Source of the DNA: Geosiphon pyriformis uo1
Lineage: Eukaryota > Fungi > Glomeromycota
NCBI GenBank assembly: GCA_016748015.1
Contig: JAAOMT010000201.1
Location: 129,153-193,152 of the forward strand
Direction of reading: 5' to 3'
DNA length: 64,000 nucleotides
Of this stretch, positions 13,570-26,600 are shown piece after piece. Position numbers and translations under genes: made by a program. The notes under the pieces were generated by a model. The model worked only from the letters and a program-made list of their open reading frames with translations. It had not been told where the DNA came from and ran no database searches. Position 1 is the stretch's first letter, and every line of letters begins with the position of its first letter.

Positions 13570-14205
13570 ATAGAAATACCAGTTCACATTTACACCATAG
13601 CTCAACAATTATTCCAGGCCTTAAATCAACAATTTTTAAACATGAAAATTATTGTTAACAACCAAACAATTTGCTATCGAAACACTAAAAGAAAGACAAA
13701 GAATACATCATATCAGCAGTTACCAAAGAAAGATAAAAACTGGTCAGATAACATAATAGAAAAAGTGAAGAACACTTTTGGAAAAATATCTATTATGGCA
13801 CCAACAGAAAAACTTACAAAAGAGAATTAGAAGCAATAAACAGAACAACTTCTAATATCATACTGTCACTACCAGTTAGGTCGAAAGTTGAATATTCAAG
13901 AGTTGTATATTGACAAATTCAAGAGAATATTTAACCAAAACATAATACAACAAATTAAAGAATTTATTGAAAAAAAAACAAACTCAACACTACATGTGAG
14001 AACAATTTACTGACTGCACAACATATTTCAGAACTATTCAGAAATACTTTTACACTCTGACATAGAAACTATAACCATTAACCAATGAGGAAAAATAAAC
14101 AATGTACAAGTAGAAGATGTGAAAAATAAAGTTAAACAAACAATACTAGAAAAAGAAGTATTAGAGCTAATTCAAAATGAAGATTTTAATGGAGCTTAAT
14201 ATTAA
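13570..14205 (+). pseudogene. E2 ORF3 (unknown protein), broken
   Basis: Between IN and PPT; N- and C-terminal motifs align by eye with the intact ORF3 of E5/E6. Confidence 0.65.
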
Positions 14206-14219
14206 AAAAAAGGAAATAA

Positions 14220-14963
14220 TGTTACTTATAAAAAAAAACAAATATAGAAAAATAGTAAACCAATAAGCAAATAGTATTTACCACATAAGCACATTGCTCA
14301 AGAAATCATAGCACATCACTCAAAAATATGAGCGATTTCATAAAACATCAATTATGTATATATAGCAATAATATTAGAAGTAGAAAAAAAAGAATTCTTT
14401 AGTTAGAAACATTCCATCCACAATATTAATAAATAATTATTCACCATTTCAACTCACTTTCCACTATTAACACTTCATGTTAATAGTAATTGATACTTAA
14501 TCACACTAGAACAATAGCTTTTGATCATGGCTATTAATGAATTACTAACATTCATCATCTTGGCTGATTTCTCATTTTTTATTTTCTGTTATTCTTTGGT
14601 TTATATTCTTTTATTGTTGTTACTTCTTTGTTCTACTAATTGATTGAAGATTAAGTGCTAAGTTATTGACATCAAGGATTGCTTGGTAAAAGACCTCTAC
14701 GAGTGGGTAGAACATGTAAAAGAATTATGGATTACTTACCAAAGAATTGCCAATCACCACGCCAAGAGAAAAATTGACAGAATTGCGATTCTGAGAAGCT
14801 ACAGATAAATCACTATTGAATTTCTGTCTATTATACAAAGAACTCAACAACCAAAACTTTTAGACAAACAACACCTTCAGATCACCATCATTGGGAATAG
14901 CTTTTGAGCACCAGATTACAAGTTTGTTATTTGATTTAAGACCCCAAATAATTACCTGTAACA
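14220..14963 (+). repeat. E2 3' LTR (744 bp; ~100 bp U3 repeat deletion)
   Basis: Preceded by a purine tract, matches the 5' LTR, followed by TSD CTGT. Confidence 0.93.
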
Positions 14964-14967
14964 CTGT

Positions 14968-17900
14968 ACCATTAATTGAATTTGAGGAAGAAGAAAAAAA
15001 ACCTACTTAGAAAGCCTACCAAGTTTCATGGACTGACACCAATCACAATGAATTACTGTTAATACTGTCTTGGAACAACAAAGGGAAAGGAAAAGAAAAA
15101 GACAAGCCATAAGAAAATACCACCAACAAAATTACCAGTGGCTGGGGAAGTTCCTATTCAACTGACATCAGACCAAAACCACCTTATATCTCACTTCAGT
15201 GCAAAGACTGCAAAAAAAGTTGTCCTCCATGAAAGCTTGGATTGCATCTGACGAAGACTACTGGATGCAAACCTATTACTATTGTAAACCATGTCACTGT
15301 AGACACTATGGCTATTCAAAATGCCAAGGCAAGTGGGACAACAAATCATGTCTCACTTGTGGCAAACAACTGTTTGACGAAGAGATGTAGAATGACATTC
15401 CTGGTCAAGGAGAAACCTGTGATGCATTGTGTTAATACACAATTCTCATTAACAACTGAGTAAGTCAAGAAATCCCAATAACTGCAGCCTGGCATTGAGC
15501 AATCTCTTGTCTGAATGGTTACCCACATGATGAAAGTAAGATTTAGAGAATGGCCAATGCTAAGATAGAAAGCACTTCGCCCAGTGAAATCTTAGAAATA
15601 AAGAACAATTTCCCTGAACCAGTTGAAGTTGTTCTTATTTTCAACACCTTTTTAGATATTGAAACAGGCCCAAAGGAATTCCATGAACACTACCAAAATT
15701 TAGCACTCACTCAAAAGGAACAAGAACAGCACTTGAAAGAAATAAACACCCAATTATATAACCACTGTTTGATCCCATGTGACTTTTAGTATTATAATAA
15801 GTGTAACCTTATCTACAATCCAACATCATGCAGGATCTACACAATTCTAGAAGAGAAAGAACCAATTAGCAGCTGTGTATCAGAATTGGATTCAAATTTT
15901 AATTCCAATTCAAACTCTGATAATGATAACAACAACAGTTCCAGCTTTATTCAAAATGGCAACAGCAATAACAATGGTGATTTAAACTCAGATTCAGACT
16001 CCAAACAGTACATCGCACTTTTTAATCTCTCCAAAGAGCAAGAACTCAGATGGTTCAGTAACAACAATGAAGGTATTATGCCAGAATGTGTACATAATAC
16101 TGATGTAGAATTTAATCTAAGATATCCAAGAAAAAATGCTATCAAATTGAAACCACATTTATGCACCTGCATTGATCTCAAAGTTGTACTGAAAATTTCT
16201 GCAACAACAATGATTTAATTAGCATCTAGAAGTAGCTTAGCAAAAAAAGAAATCAGCATCAGAAGAGGAATAATTAATGCTGAATATGTGAGAAATATTA
16301 TTGCTATGCTACAAAATAACTCAGAAAAGGCCTATAGAGCCAAATAAAAAAATAGCACAAGCAATATTCCTGCCTCTGGTTAAAATAGCTCAATTAGTAT
16401 CAGTGAAAAACAGGGAAGAATTAGGAATTACAGCTAGAGGAATACAAGGATTTGGATTAACAGATAGAATAGATGTACCAGTTAATATGACAGAAGAAAA
16501 GGTTATTAACAAGAGAGAAATTATATCCACCCATCAATCAATTTCCATTCCACCATATAACCAGTACATGTTAACTATAGAAAGAAAAGTAAAGGATCAG
16601 GCACAAATTTTTGAAGCAGAACCAACTATTTGCAAATCAGGAGAAATTGAACTTATCAATCTTTACATACCAGCCAAAAACAAGAACCATATCAAAATTC
16701 TTATATATAATGCAACAGAAAACATCATAGAAATACCAAAAGGAACCACTATCAGGTATTTAAGCACTGAAGTTGAAGAACAGACACCAAACCACATTCC
16801 AGATTTCCCACAGCTTTGCAGATATATGGATATCACATCACAAACAATTTATGGACAGAACAAATGTTATCTGCTTTAACCAAAACAATTGGAACAAATG
16901 AACATAGGAAACTTAAACCCACTTCAATGTATGCAGCTCAAGATGTTACTCAACAACTTTAATGATATCTTTGCCAGCTAAAATAAATTTGGCCATACTG
17001 ATATCATCCAGCATCAAATCAAGACTGGAGATGCAATGTCAATTAAACAGAAAGCATACAGAGTACCACTAGCTAGCCATGAGATTATTCATCAAGAAAT
17101 CAATTAGATGCTTGACAATGGGCTAATTCAGCAATCAATGAGCCCATAGTTATCACCAGTAGTACTAGTTCATAAAAAAAATGGGAAAATCTGCTTTTGT
17201 GTGGATTACAGAAAACTGAATGAAGTAACAAAAGGAGATAGCTACCTGGCTCCAAAGATCTAAGAACTGTTTGATGCTTTTGAAGGAAAGAAATGGTTCT
17301 CAACTTTGGACTTAAACAGCAGTTACTGGCAAGTAGCCATAAAACTAAAAGATAAAGAGAAAATGGCTTTTACAATGCGAGAAAAGAATTTTGAATTTGA
17401 AGTAATGCCATTTGGTTTGATAAATGCACCAGCCACCTTCCAATAACTAATGGAAATCATTTACATCAGACTACTATGGAAATCAATAGTTGTTTACTTA
17501 GATGACACAAATGTATTCTCCAAGACATTCGATGATCATTTGCATCATTTCTAACAAGTGTTTAAAAGACTAAAAAGAACTGAATTAAAATTAAATGCAA
17601 CCAAGTGTTTCTTTAGAAAAACTGAACTCAAGTTTTTGAGACATGTTGTAAGCAAAGACAGTATCAAGATCCAGACAAGATTGAGGTAGTTAAGAACTTT
17701 CTAGTACCAACCAACTTGACAGAACTAAGAGCATTCTTGGGATTTGCCAAATATTATTGCCACTTTATCAAAGACTTTTCTAAACTGGCCCAGCCATTAT
17801 ACCAGCTTTAATCAAAAAACATCAAGTATGAATGGACAGAAAACCAGTAAGAAACTTTCAACATATTAAAAAGAAAATTTATTTAAGCTCTAGTGTTAAT

Positions 17901-18294
17901 ATATTCAGATCACAGCAAACCATTTATTATTACCACTGATGCATCAGGCCAAGCATTGAGAGCAGTACTATCACAGAAAAAACCAGATGGAAGAGAACAT
18001 TTAGTAGCATATGCCAGCTGAAGTTTAAGTCCAGCTGAAAAGAACTATGGAATACCAGCATTAGAATACTTAACAATCTATTGGGCAGTTATGAAATAGA
18101 AAGAATACTTAAGTCAGAAGTTTAATATATATACTGATCATAAAGAATTGACTTTAATCTAGAAGCAAGAATTTGAAGATAATCATTATACTTGATAGAA
18201 AATAGAACTTTCACCATTTAAATATACCATACACTACAAAAAAGAAAAAGAAAATGGAAATGCTAACAGTTTATCATGAATAAGACAAATTTAA
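14968..18294 (+). pseudogene. pol: E1 pol remainder: Cys-rich domain, dUTPase, RT, RNase H
   Basis: CKDC/CKPC/CLTC motifs, RGIQGFG dUTPase motif 5 ~16437-16457, RT YLDD ~17495-17506, RNase H TDASG ~17935. Confidence 0.88.
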
Positions 18295-18324
18295 GAACAC
18301 TTCAACCCAAAAATATAACAAAAA

Positions 18325-19689
18325 ATGAATAAACAAAAATATTAACAACTTTAATATTTTATAAATACCCAACGGTTTAAAGAAAAATTATCTCAAAAGG
18401 AACAAAACCATATCAAACAACAGTCCAAATATTTTATAACTTACCAAAATATACTTTATTGGAAAAACAGAAAGAATTCAGATCAACCAACCAGAGTAAT
18501 CACAGAATCAGAGAAAGAAACAATATTATTCAACATGCACTCCAATTTAACAGCAGAACATTTTCACAAAAAAGCAATTATAGAAAGAACTAGAAATAGA
18601 TACTATTGGCCATCCATGTACCCAGACATCATCCAATACATGCAAAATTGTGATGCTTGTCAGAAAAAAAAAAGAACAAGACCTAGCAAGCCATTAAGAC
18701 CAATCAAAGTAAGACAACCATTCAAGTAGATTGGAATTGACTTAGTTGGACTATTAACAATAACTAGCAGAGGGAACAGATACATCACAGTAGCCATGAA
18801 TTATCTTACTAAATGGCCAGAAGCAAAAGCAATTCAAAGAGTGAATGCAGAATCTGTTGCCAAATTCGTTCATTAAGATCTGATTTGTCAACACAAATGT
18901 TTAAAAAAATTATTATCTGACCAAGAAATTCACTTTGTAAATAGAACATTAACAGAACTGAGTCAAAGATTCAGAATAAAAAGACCATTATTATTACCAT
19001 ATCACCCACAAATCAATGGATTAGTCAAAAGATTTAATAGAACATTGTGTAAAGTGATAGCCAAGATCAGCCAAGAAAACCAGGACAAATGGGATTTATT
19101 TATATTATTAGTATTATTTGCTTATTGGACAATAAAGCAAGATACTACACAAGCAACACTATTTAAATTAGTATACAGTAGAACAGCAACATTACCAGTT
19201 GAGATAAAAGTCAATACATATCTGACAGAATCAATAACAGAAGACAATTTCCAAGAAACATTGCTGAAAAGAACATATGACATAATGGAAATGCTAGAAA
19301 ACAAATGGTGAAAAGCAGCTGATAACATTCAAAAATTACAAGAAAAACAAAAAGAAAGACATAATAACCAACTACCAGATAAACCAGTTGAATTCAGGAT
19401 TGGAGACAAAGTACTATTATATTGTACCAAAGCAGAAAAACAGTGGAATAGAAAGTTTGATCCAAAATAGGACAGACTATTTCACATACACAAAATTTTA
19501 AGAAACAGATTTTATAAGTTACGATTAGAAAACAAAATTCTAAAAAGAACAGCACATGGAAATTGTTTAAAAATTTATCAAACACAAAAATTGACATCAG
19601 TGGAACTACAACTAGAAGCACAAATTCCATTAATCAGACCAAAAGATATGCCACAAGATATGGAACCAATAATAATCATTAAGACATAA
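18325..19689 (+). pseudogene. int: E1 integrase (separate ORF), broken
   Basis: ATG 30 nt after the pol stop; HHCC and catalytic-core motifs. Confidence 0.87.
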
Positions 19690-19769
19690 CTACACACATG
19701 CCAAAATCTAGATATTACGTGTATATAAGCCTTGAGACCACAAAGAAGAGAATAATAAAAATTTCAAAT

Positions 19770-20539
19770 ATGGACCTTTTAGACAAAATTTTAAAATTAT
19801 CTAAACAATTATTTAACAAAATTCAAAAATCTATATCTCAAATAGAAATTATAATCAATAAAAAAGAGATAAGATATAGAAATAATAAAAAAAGAGGGAT
19901 GGGTGAAAGTTTAACTAAAACTAACTATTCTTATTCCTACACTTCACCCAGAAAGAAAATTTTACAAAAAAGAATAAAATATACTTCTTAGGCAGAACAT
20001 AGAAAAAAAAGAAGGGAGGAAGAAGAAGAAGTGAAAAAATTAGATAGAAAACAAAAACAATTATATACAACATACTTGGCTTTTAAGCTAGAAAAAATTA
20101 AAGAATCTTTAGCTCATGGGACCGAACTTCCCAAAACAGGGAAGTGAACACCAGACAATGCCCAGGAGGGGAAAAAAAACTCCCTCTAATATATTGGTTT
20201 TACAAAATTGAAGAACAACTAGACTTAAAAAACCCATACAGAGACTACAACCAGAAAACTTTCAACAAAAAAGCAATGTGACAAGTAGAAGAATTCATAG
20301 GAAGGAGCAATCTGACACTACACTACAAGGCAGCATGTCAATTATACATCACTTTTCAACATTGTTCAAACATACTATTGGATAGATCATTGAAAAAGAT
20401 AACAGTTAACAACATAAGATGAATAACCAATTAACAGTTCGAAAATCTACAAAAAGCCATAGTTGACATAATTATTGAACATTACATAAACAAAATTCTA
20501 TTAACAGACATAACTGACTTTGCAGGAGCTTAATATTAA
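19770..20539 (+). pseudogene. E1 ORF3, broken
   Basis: MDLLDKILKLSKQLF..IEIIINKKEIRY matches the ORF3 N-terminal pattern; ends DFAGA(Q)Y-stop immediately before the PPT. Confidence 0.65.
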
Positions 20540-20563
20540 AAAAAGAGGAGATAATGTTACTGG

Positions 20564-21492
20564 TGTTATAAATAATTCTTTGAGGTGTCGAGTAAATAAC
20601 AAACCCATAACTTGGTGCTTAAAGTAATTAGTGCGTATGATAATCTGAAGATATTTTATCTGAAGGTTTTCCAATTGAGTTTTTTGTATAATGGACAGAG
20701 ATTCAATGGTAACAGTTTATTAATAGTTTTTTGGAACCATAGTTTTGTTGATTGCTTGTTCAGCTTGATGGTTGATGATTCTCCTGGTACAATATCCTCC
20801 GTAAGTGTATACCAGTGCTGTTTTCTGATGTCAGTTCCTCTGTAAGTTCTCCAAAAGTAAGTATTGTTTAAGCAAGTTTATTCCTCTGTAAGTCTTCTAA
20901 AAGTAAGTATTGTTTTAAGTAAGTTTTATTTCTCTGTAAGTCCTCCAAGAGTAAATCTTTTAATCAAGTTAGTAGACAACAAAGAAAATAAAGAAAAGAT
21001 AAAAAAGAAAATAAGAAATAAGCCAAGGTGAGTTGCAAGTTAGTATTCTGTCAATAGCCATGATCAAAAACTATTGTTCCAGTATAATTAAGTATCAGTT
21101 ACTATTAACATGAAGTGTTAATAGTGAAAAATAAATTTGATCTAGTGAATAATTATTTATTTGAGAATTGTGGTAACTAAGCTAAGAATTTTTGGTGTTG
21201 ATTCTGTTTTTTCTGCTTCTACCACTACTGCTATATATACATATTTGAGATTCCTCAATTCTTTAATCTCTTGTGACAGGAATTCTGGAATTTCTGGAAT
21301 CCTGCAATTTTTGATGAGAAGAATCCTGGAATTCTGAAATCCTGCAATTCCTTGCCGGAGAATCCTGAAGTTTCTGGAATCCTGGAATTCCTTTGAGAGG
21401 AATCCTGGAATTCCATATTTACTATGTCTACTTCTGATTGGCTAATCTTTACTTGCTAATAATAATATACTTCCTTTATTCTATGAGTAACA
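20564..21492 (-). repeat. E3 3' LTR (929 bp)
   Basis: Direct repeat of 40080-40829; GGAATTCC-type U3 array ~21250-21415; ~47-bp tandem repeat 20835-20954. Confidence 0.93.
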
Positions 21493-21505
21493 TTATTCCC
21501 TCTTT

Positions 21506-22130
21506 TTAATATTGAGCTCTGTCAAAATCTAACTCTTTTAATTCCCCCTCTTGAATTATTTTTTGAACTTTTTTTTCGAGTATTGCTTGTGTTATTTGAG
21601 TTTGTAATTCTTCAAATTGGGTGTTGGTCATTTTCCCCAATTGATTACTTGTAATTGTATCTATTGCTGTGTTGAGTAAGATTTCTGGTCAGTCTTAAAA
21701 TCTTATATATAGCTGGTAAATGGCTCGAGCTTGTGTAGTTAGATTGTTCTTTCTCACAAATTGTTCCAGTTGTCTCAGTATTGTTGTGTCAAATAACCAT
21801 TTTGTTTTATCAGTGTACAAATTCTGGATATTTATGTGTTGTTCCAAGTGAAAATGACAATAGTTTTTCGGGAATTGTTGCATCCACCAAGTCCAAGTTT
21901 CTCTGGTAAGTTCTTGGTGTAATCTGACTATTTATTGTTCTTTCATGGCCAATTTTACTTTGGTTATGATCTTGTCAACAACATTTTCGAGTTTTTTCTG
22001 TACTTTGTGTTGTGATATCCTTGCAGTACTTTTGTATTGAATAGTTTGTTGATTGATTGTAATTTCCATCTCCTGGTGTTGGATTAATTGAAAGACTTGT
22101 TGTGCTAATGAATGCCATTTTTCTGTATTT
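21506..22130 (-). pseudogene. E3 ORF3, broken
   Basis: Close homologue of 37533-38160 (QQFPKNYCHFHL..QNLY..NNLTTQARAIYQLY). Confidence 0.68.
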
Positions 22131-22175
22131 TTTTCTTGTCATGTTGACCATGTCTTTATATATTCTTTCTGTCAA

Positions 22176-23558
22176 TCAATTAGATGTGTTGTTATCAATG
22201 ATGATAATTGGTTTCAGATCTCATGGAATCTCATCTGGTTGGACTAGTATTCTCTGTACTCCCAGTTGTGGAATATTACTAGTGGATGATAATGCTATAT
22301 GGTGGTATGGTTTCAGTCGATCTCCATGTACTGCTTTGGTTAAGATTTTGTTATTCAACCTTAATTTGTAAGCTTTATTTCCTAGAATTTCTTCTATGTG
22401 AAATGGTCTGTCCCATTTGGGGTCAAATTTTCCATTCTATTGTTTTTCTGCTTTGGTATAATGTAATAGTACTTTGTCTCCAATCTTGAATTCAACTGGT
22501 TTATCTAGTAGTTGGTTATCATGTCTTTCTTTTTGTTTCTCTTGTGATCTTTGTATGTTATCAGCTGCTCTCCGTCATTTGTTTTCTAATGTTTCTATTA
22601 AGTCATATGTTTTTCTTAACAATGTGTTTTTGAAATTTTCTTCTGTTATTGGTTTGGTTGGATATGTGCTGACTTCTATTTCCACTGGTAGTATTGCTGT
22701 TCTACCATATACTAATTCAAATGGTATTGCTTGTGTAGTATCTTGTTTTATTGTCTGATAAGCAAATAATACTGATAGTATCAACAAATCCCAATCATTC
22801 TGGTTTTCTTGGCTGAGCTTAGCTATTGCTTTATACAATGTTCTGTTGAATCTTTCGACTAATCTGTTGGTTTGTGGATGGTATGGTGATGATAATGGTC
22901 TCTTAATTCCGAATCTTTGGCTTAATTCTGTTAATGTTCTGTTCACAAAATGAGTTCCTTAGTCTGATAATAATTCTTTTGGACATTCATGTTGACAAAT
23001 CAAATCCTGATGAATGAATTTGGCAATGAATTCTGCATTCACTCTTTGAATTGCTTTTGCTTCTGGCCATTTGGTAAGATAGTTCATGGCTACTGTAATA
23101 TATCTGTTGCCTCTGTTGGTTATTGTTAATGATCTGACTAAGTCAATTCCAATGCAATCAAATGGTTATTCTACTTTGATTGGTCTTAATGGTTCACTGG
23201 GTTTTGTTCTTCCTCTTTTTTGACAAGCATCACAATTTTGAACATATTAGATGATGTCTAAATACATTGATAGTCAATAGTATCTTTTTTTGGTTCTTTT
23301 CATGATTGCTTCTTTGTAAAAGTGTTTTGCTGTTGGATTTGAGTGCATGTTGAATAATATTGTCTTTTTTTCTGGCTCTGTAATTACTCTGGTTGGTTGA
23401 TCTAGATCTCTTCTATTTTTTTGATAAAGTATATTTTAGTGAGTGATAAAATATTTTAATTGTTGTTTGATACTCTTTTGTTCCATTTGAGATAAATTCT
23501 CCTTGAACTGTTGAGTGTTTATATAATGTTGAAGTTGTTGATATTTTTGTATGTTTAT
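22176..23558 (-). pseudogene. int: E3 integrase (separate ORF), broken
   Basis: SSPYHPQTNRLVERFNRTL; HHCC region ~23220-23350. Confidence 0.87.
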
Positions 23559-23620
23559 TTTTTGTTATATTTTTCGTTGGTATTGTTCTGGTTTTGTTAT
23601 ATTTTTGGGTTAAAATGTTC

Positions 23621-26600
23621 TTAGATTTGTCTTATTTATGGCAAACTGTCGGCATTTCCATTGTCTTTTCCTTTCTTATAGTGTATAGTATAAGTATATT
23701 GTGAGAGTGCCATTTTCTATCTGGATTGGTGGCCGTCATCAAATTTTTGCTTTTGAAGTAATATTAACTCTTTATAATCTGTGTATATATCAAACTTTTG
23801 GTTCAAGTATTCATTCCACTTCATGACTGCCCAATAGATTGCTAAATGTTCTAGTTCTGGTGTTCCATAGTTCTTTTCGGCTGATGTTAGACCTTGGCTG
23901 GCATATGCTACTGGATGTTCTCTGTCATCTGGTCCCTTCTAAGATAGTACTGCTCCCAATGCTTGGCCTGATGCATTGGTGATAATGATGAATGGTTTGT
24001 TGTGATCTGGGTAAATCAGTACTGGAGCTTGAATGAGCTTTCTTTTTAGAATATCAAAAGCTTTTTGTTAACTTTCTGTCCATTCATATTTTGTATTCTT
24101 TGTTTGCAGATTATTGAGTGGTTGAGCTATCTTTGAAAAGTTCTTTATAAAGCATCGATAATAGCTTGCAAATCCCAAGAATGATTTCAATTCAGTTACA
24201 TTGGTTGGTACTGGAAAGTTTTTTACAATTTTTATTTTTTCTGAGTCCATTTTGATGCCATCTTTGCTGACTATGTGTCCCAAGAATTTTAGTTTTGTCT
24301 TGTTAAAGAAGCACTTTGTTGCATTTAATTTTAGTCCTGTTCTTTTTAGCCTTTTGAACACTTGTTGAAGATAATAAAAATGATCATCAAATGTTTTTGA
24401 GAATACATTGGTGTTGTCTAAGTATACAACTACTGATTTTCACAATAAGCCAGTATAAACAATTTCTATTAGTCATTGGAAAGTAGCTGGGGCATTGGTT
24501 AAGCCAAAGAGCATTACTTCAAATTTGAAATTCTCTTTTCTAGTGATGAATACCATCTTTTCTTTGTCGGTTGAATTCATGGCTATTTGCCAGTAACTAC
24601 TGTTTAAGTCTAATGTTGAGAACCATTTGTTTCTGCTGAAAGCATCAAATAATTTTTATATTCTTGGGGTTGGATAGCTGTCTCTATGAGTTATACCATT
24701 GAGTTTCCTGTAGTTCACACAAAATCAGATTTTTTTATTTTTCTTTCAGATGAGTACCACTGGTGATGACCATGGGCTCATTGATGATTGAATTAGCCTG
24801 TTGTTAAGCATTTAGTTTATCTCTTAACAAATGATCTTATGGCTAGCTGGTGGTACTCTGTATGTTCTTTGTTTAATTGGCATTGCATTTCCAGTCTTGA
24901 TCTAATGCTGAATAATGTCAGTTCAGCCAAACTCGTTTTCACTGGCAAAGATGTCATTGAAATTGTTGAGCAACATCTTGAGCTACATATGTTGAAGTGG
25001 ATTTAAGTTTCCCATGTTCATTTGTTCCAATTGCTCTGGTTGAAGCAAATAACATTTGCTTCGTCCATATATTGTTTGTAATGTAATATTGACATATCCA
25101 CAAAGCTATAGAAAGTCTGGAATGGTGCTTGGTGGTTGATCCTCTATTTCAGTGCTTAAGTATCCAATAGTGGTTCTGGCTGGTATTACTATAACATTTT
25201 TTGTGTTATTGTAGATGGGAATTTTGATGTGGCTGTAATCTTTGACTAGTATATAGAGATTGATGAGTCCAATCTCTCCTGATTCACAAAAAGTTGGTTC
25301 TGCTTCAAAAATCTGATTCTGTTCTTTTAATTCCTGTTTTATTCCTACCATGTACTGGCCATATGGTGGAATAGAAATTGCTTGACCTGTTGAGATAATT
25401 TCTCCTTGGTTAACAATTTTTTCTTTTGCCATATTGACTAGTACATCTATTCTATCTGTTGATCCAAATCTCTGTATTCCTCTTGCTATTATCCCTAATT
25501 CCTTCCTATTTCCCACTAATACTAACTGAGCTATTTTCACCAGAGGCAGGAATATTGCCTGTGCTATCTTTTTATTTGGCTCTATGATATAGGTCTTTTT
25601 AGAATCATTTTGTAGTATAGCAATAATATTTCTTACATATCCTGCATCAATTATTTCTCTTCTTATATTAATTCCTCTTTTTGCTAAACTACTCCTAAAT
25701 GCTAGTTGAACTATTGTTGTTGCTGGAATTTCCAGTGCTACTTTCAGATCTATGCAGATGCACGAATGTGGTTCCAATTTTATAACATCTTTTCCAGAAT
25801 ATCTCAGATCAAACCCAGCATCAGTATTGTACGCACGTTTTGGCATGATATCCTTATCATTATTGCTGAACCATTTTAGTTTCTGCTTCTTGGTAAGGTC
25901 AGGAAGCATGATATATTGTTTGTAGTTTGAATTAGGGTTTGAATCAGAGTTGTTTTCATTGCTATTTTGAACAGAGTTGGAACTGGTGTTTTTGTCGTCG
26001 TCACTGTTGGAGTTTGAATCAGGATTAAACACTGATTCCAATTCAGATGCACAGATGCTAATTGGTTTCTTTTTCTCTGGGATTGTGTAGATCATGCATA
26101 GTGGTGGATTGTAGATGAGGTCACACTCATCACAATATTGAAAGTCACATGGGATCAAGCAATGGTCACATAATCAGGTGTTGATTTCTTCCAATCATTG
26201 CTTTTGTTCTTCTCTGGTGGGGACTAGATTCTGATAGTGTTCATAGAATTCTTCTGGGCTGTTTTTTAAGTCTAGAAAGACATCTGGGTTGAGAACCAAA
26301 ACAATGTCTGTTGGTTTTGGAGGGTTGTTTTTGATCTCCAAAATTTCATTAGGTGAAGCATCTTCCACTTTGGCATTGGCTATTCGCCAGATCTCGTCTT
26401 TGTTGTGTGGGTATTCTTCTAAATGAGAGATTGCTCGGTGCCAGGCTGCTGTTATGAGCATGCCACGACTTACCCAGTTACTGATGAGGATTGTGTACTG
26501 ACATGAAGCATCACACATTCTTCCTCGACCAAGAATGTCATTCCATATTTCTTCATTGAGTAGTTGCTTGCCACAAGTGAGACATAGTTTGTTGTCCTAC

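Larger units (their letters stand above)
4975..14963 (+). mobile_element. E2: full-length Ty3/gypsy element (family A) nested in E1
   Basis: LTRs 4975-5819 and 14220-14963 (TGTTAC...GTAACA), 4-bp TSD CTAT/CTGT, PBS 5822-5838, PPT ~14204-14219. Confidence 0.93.
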
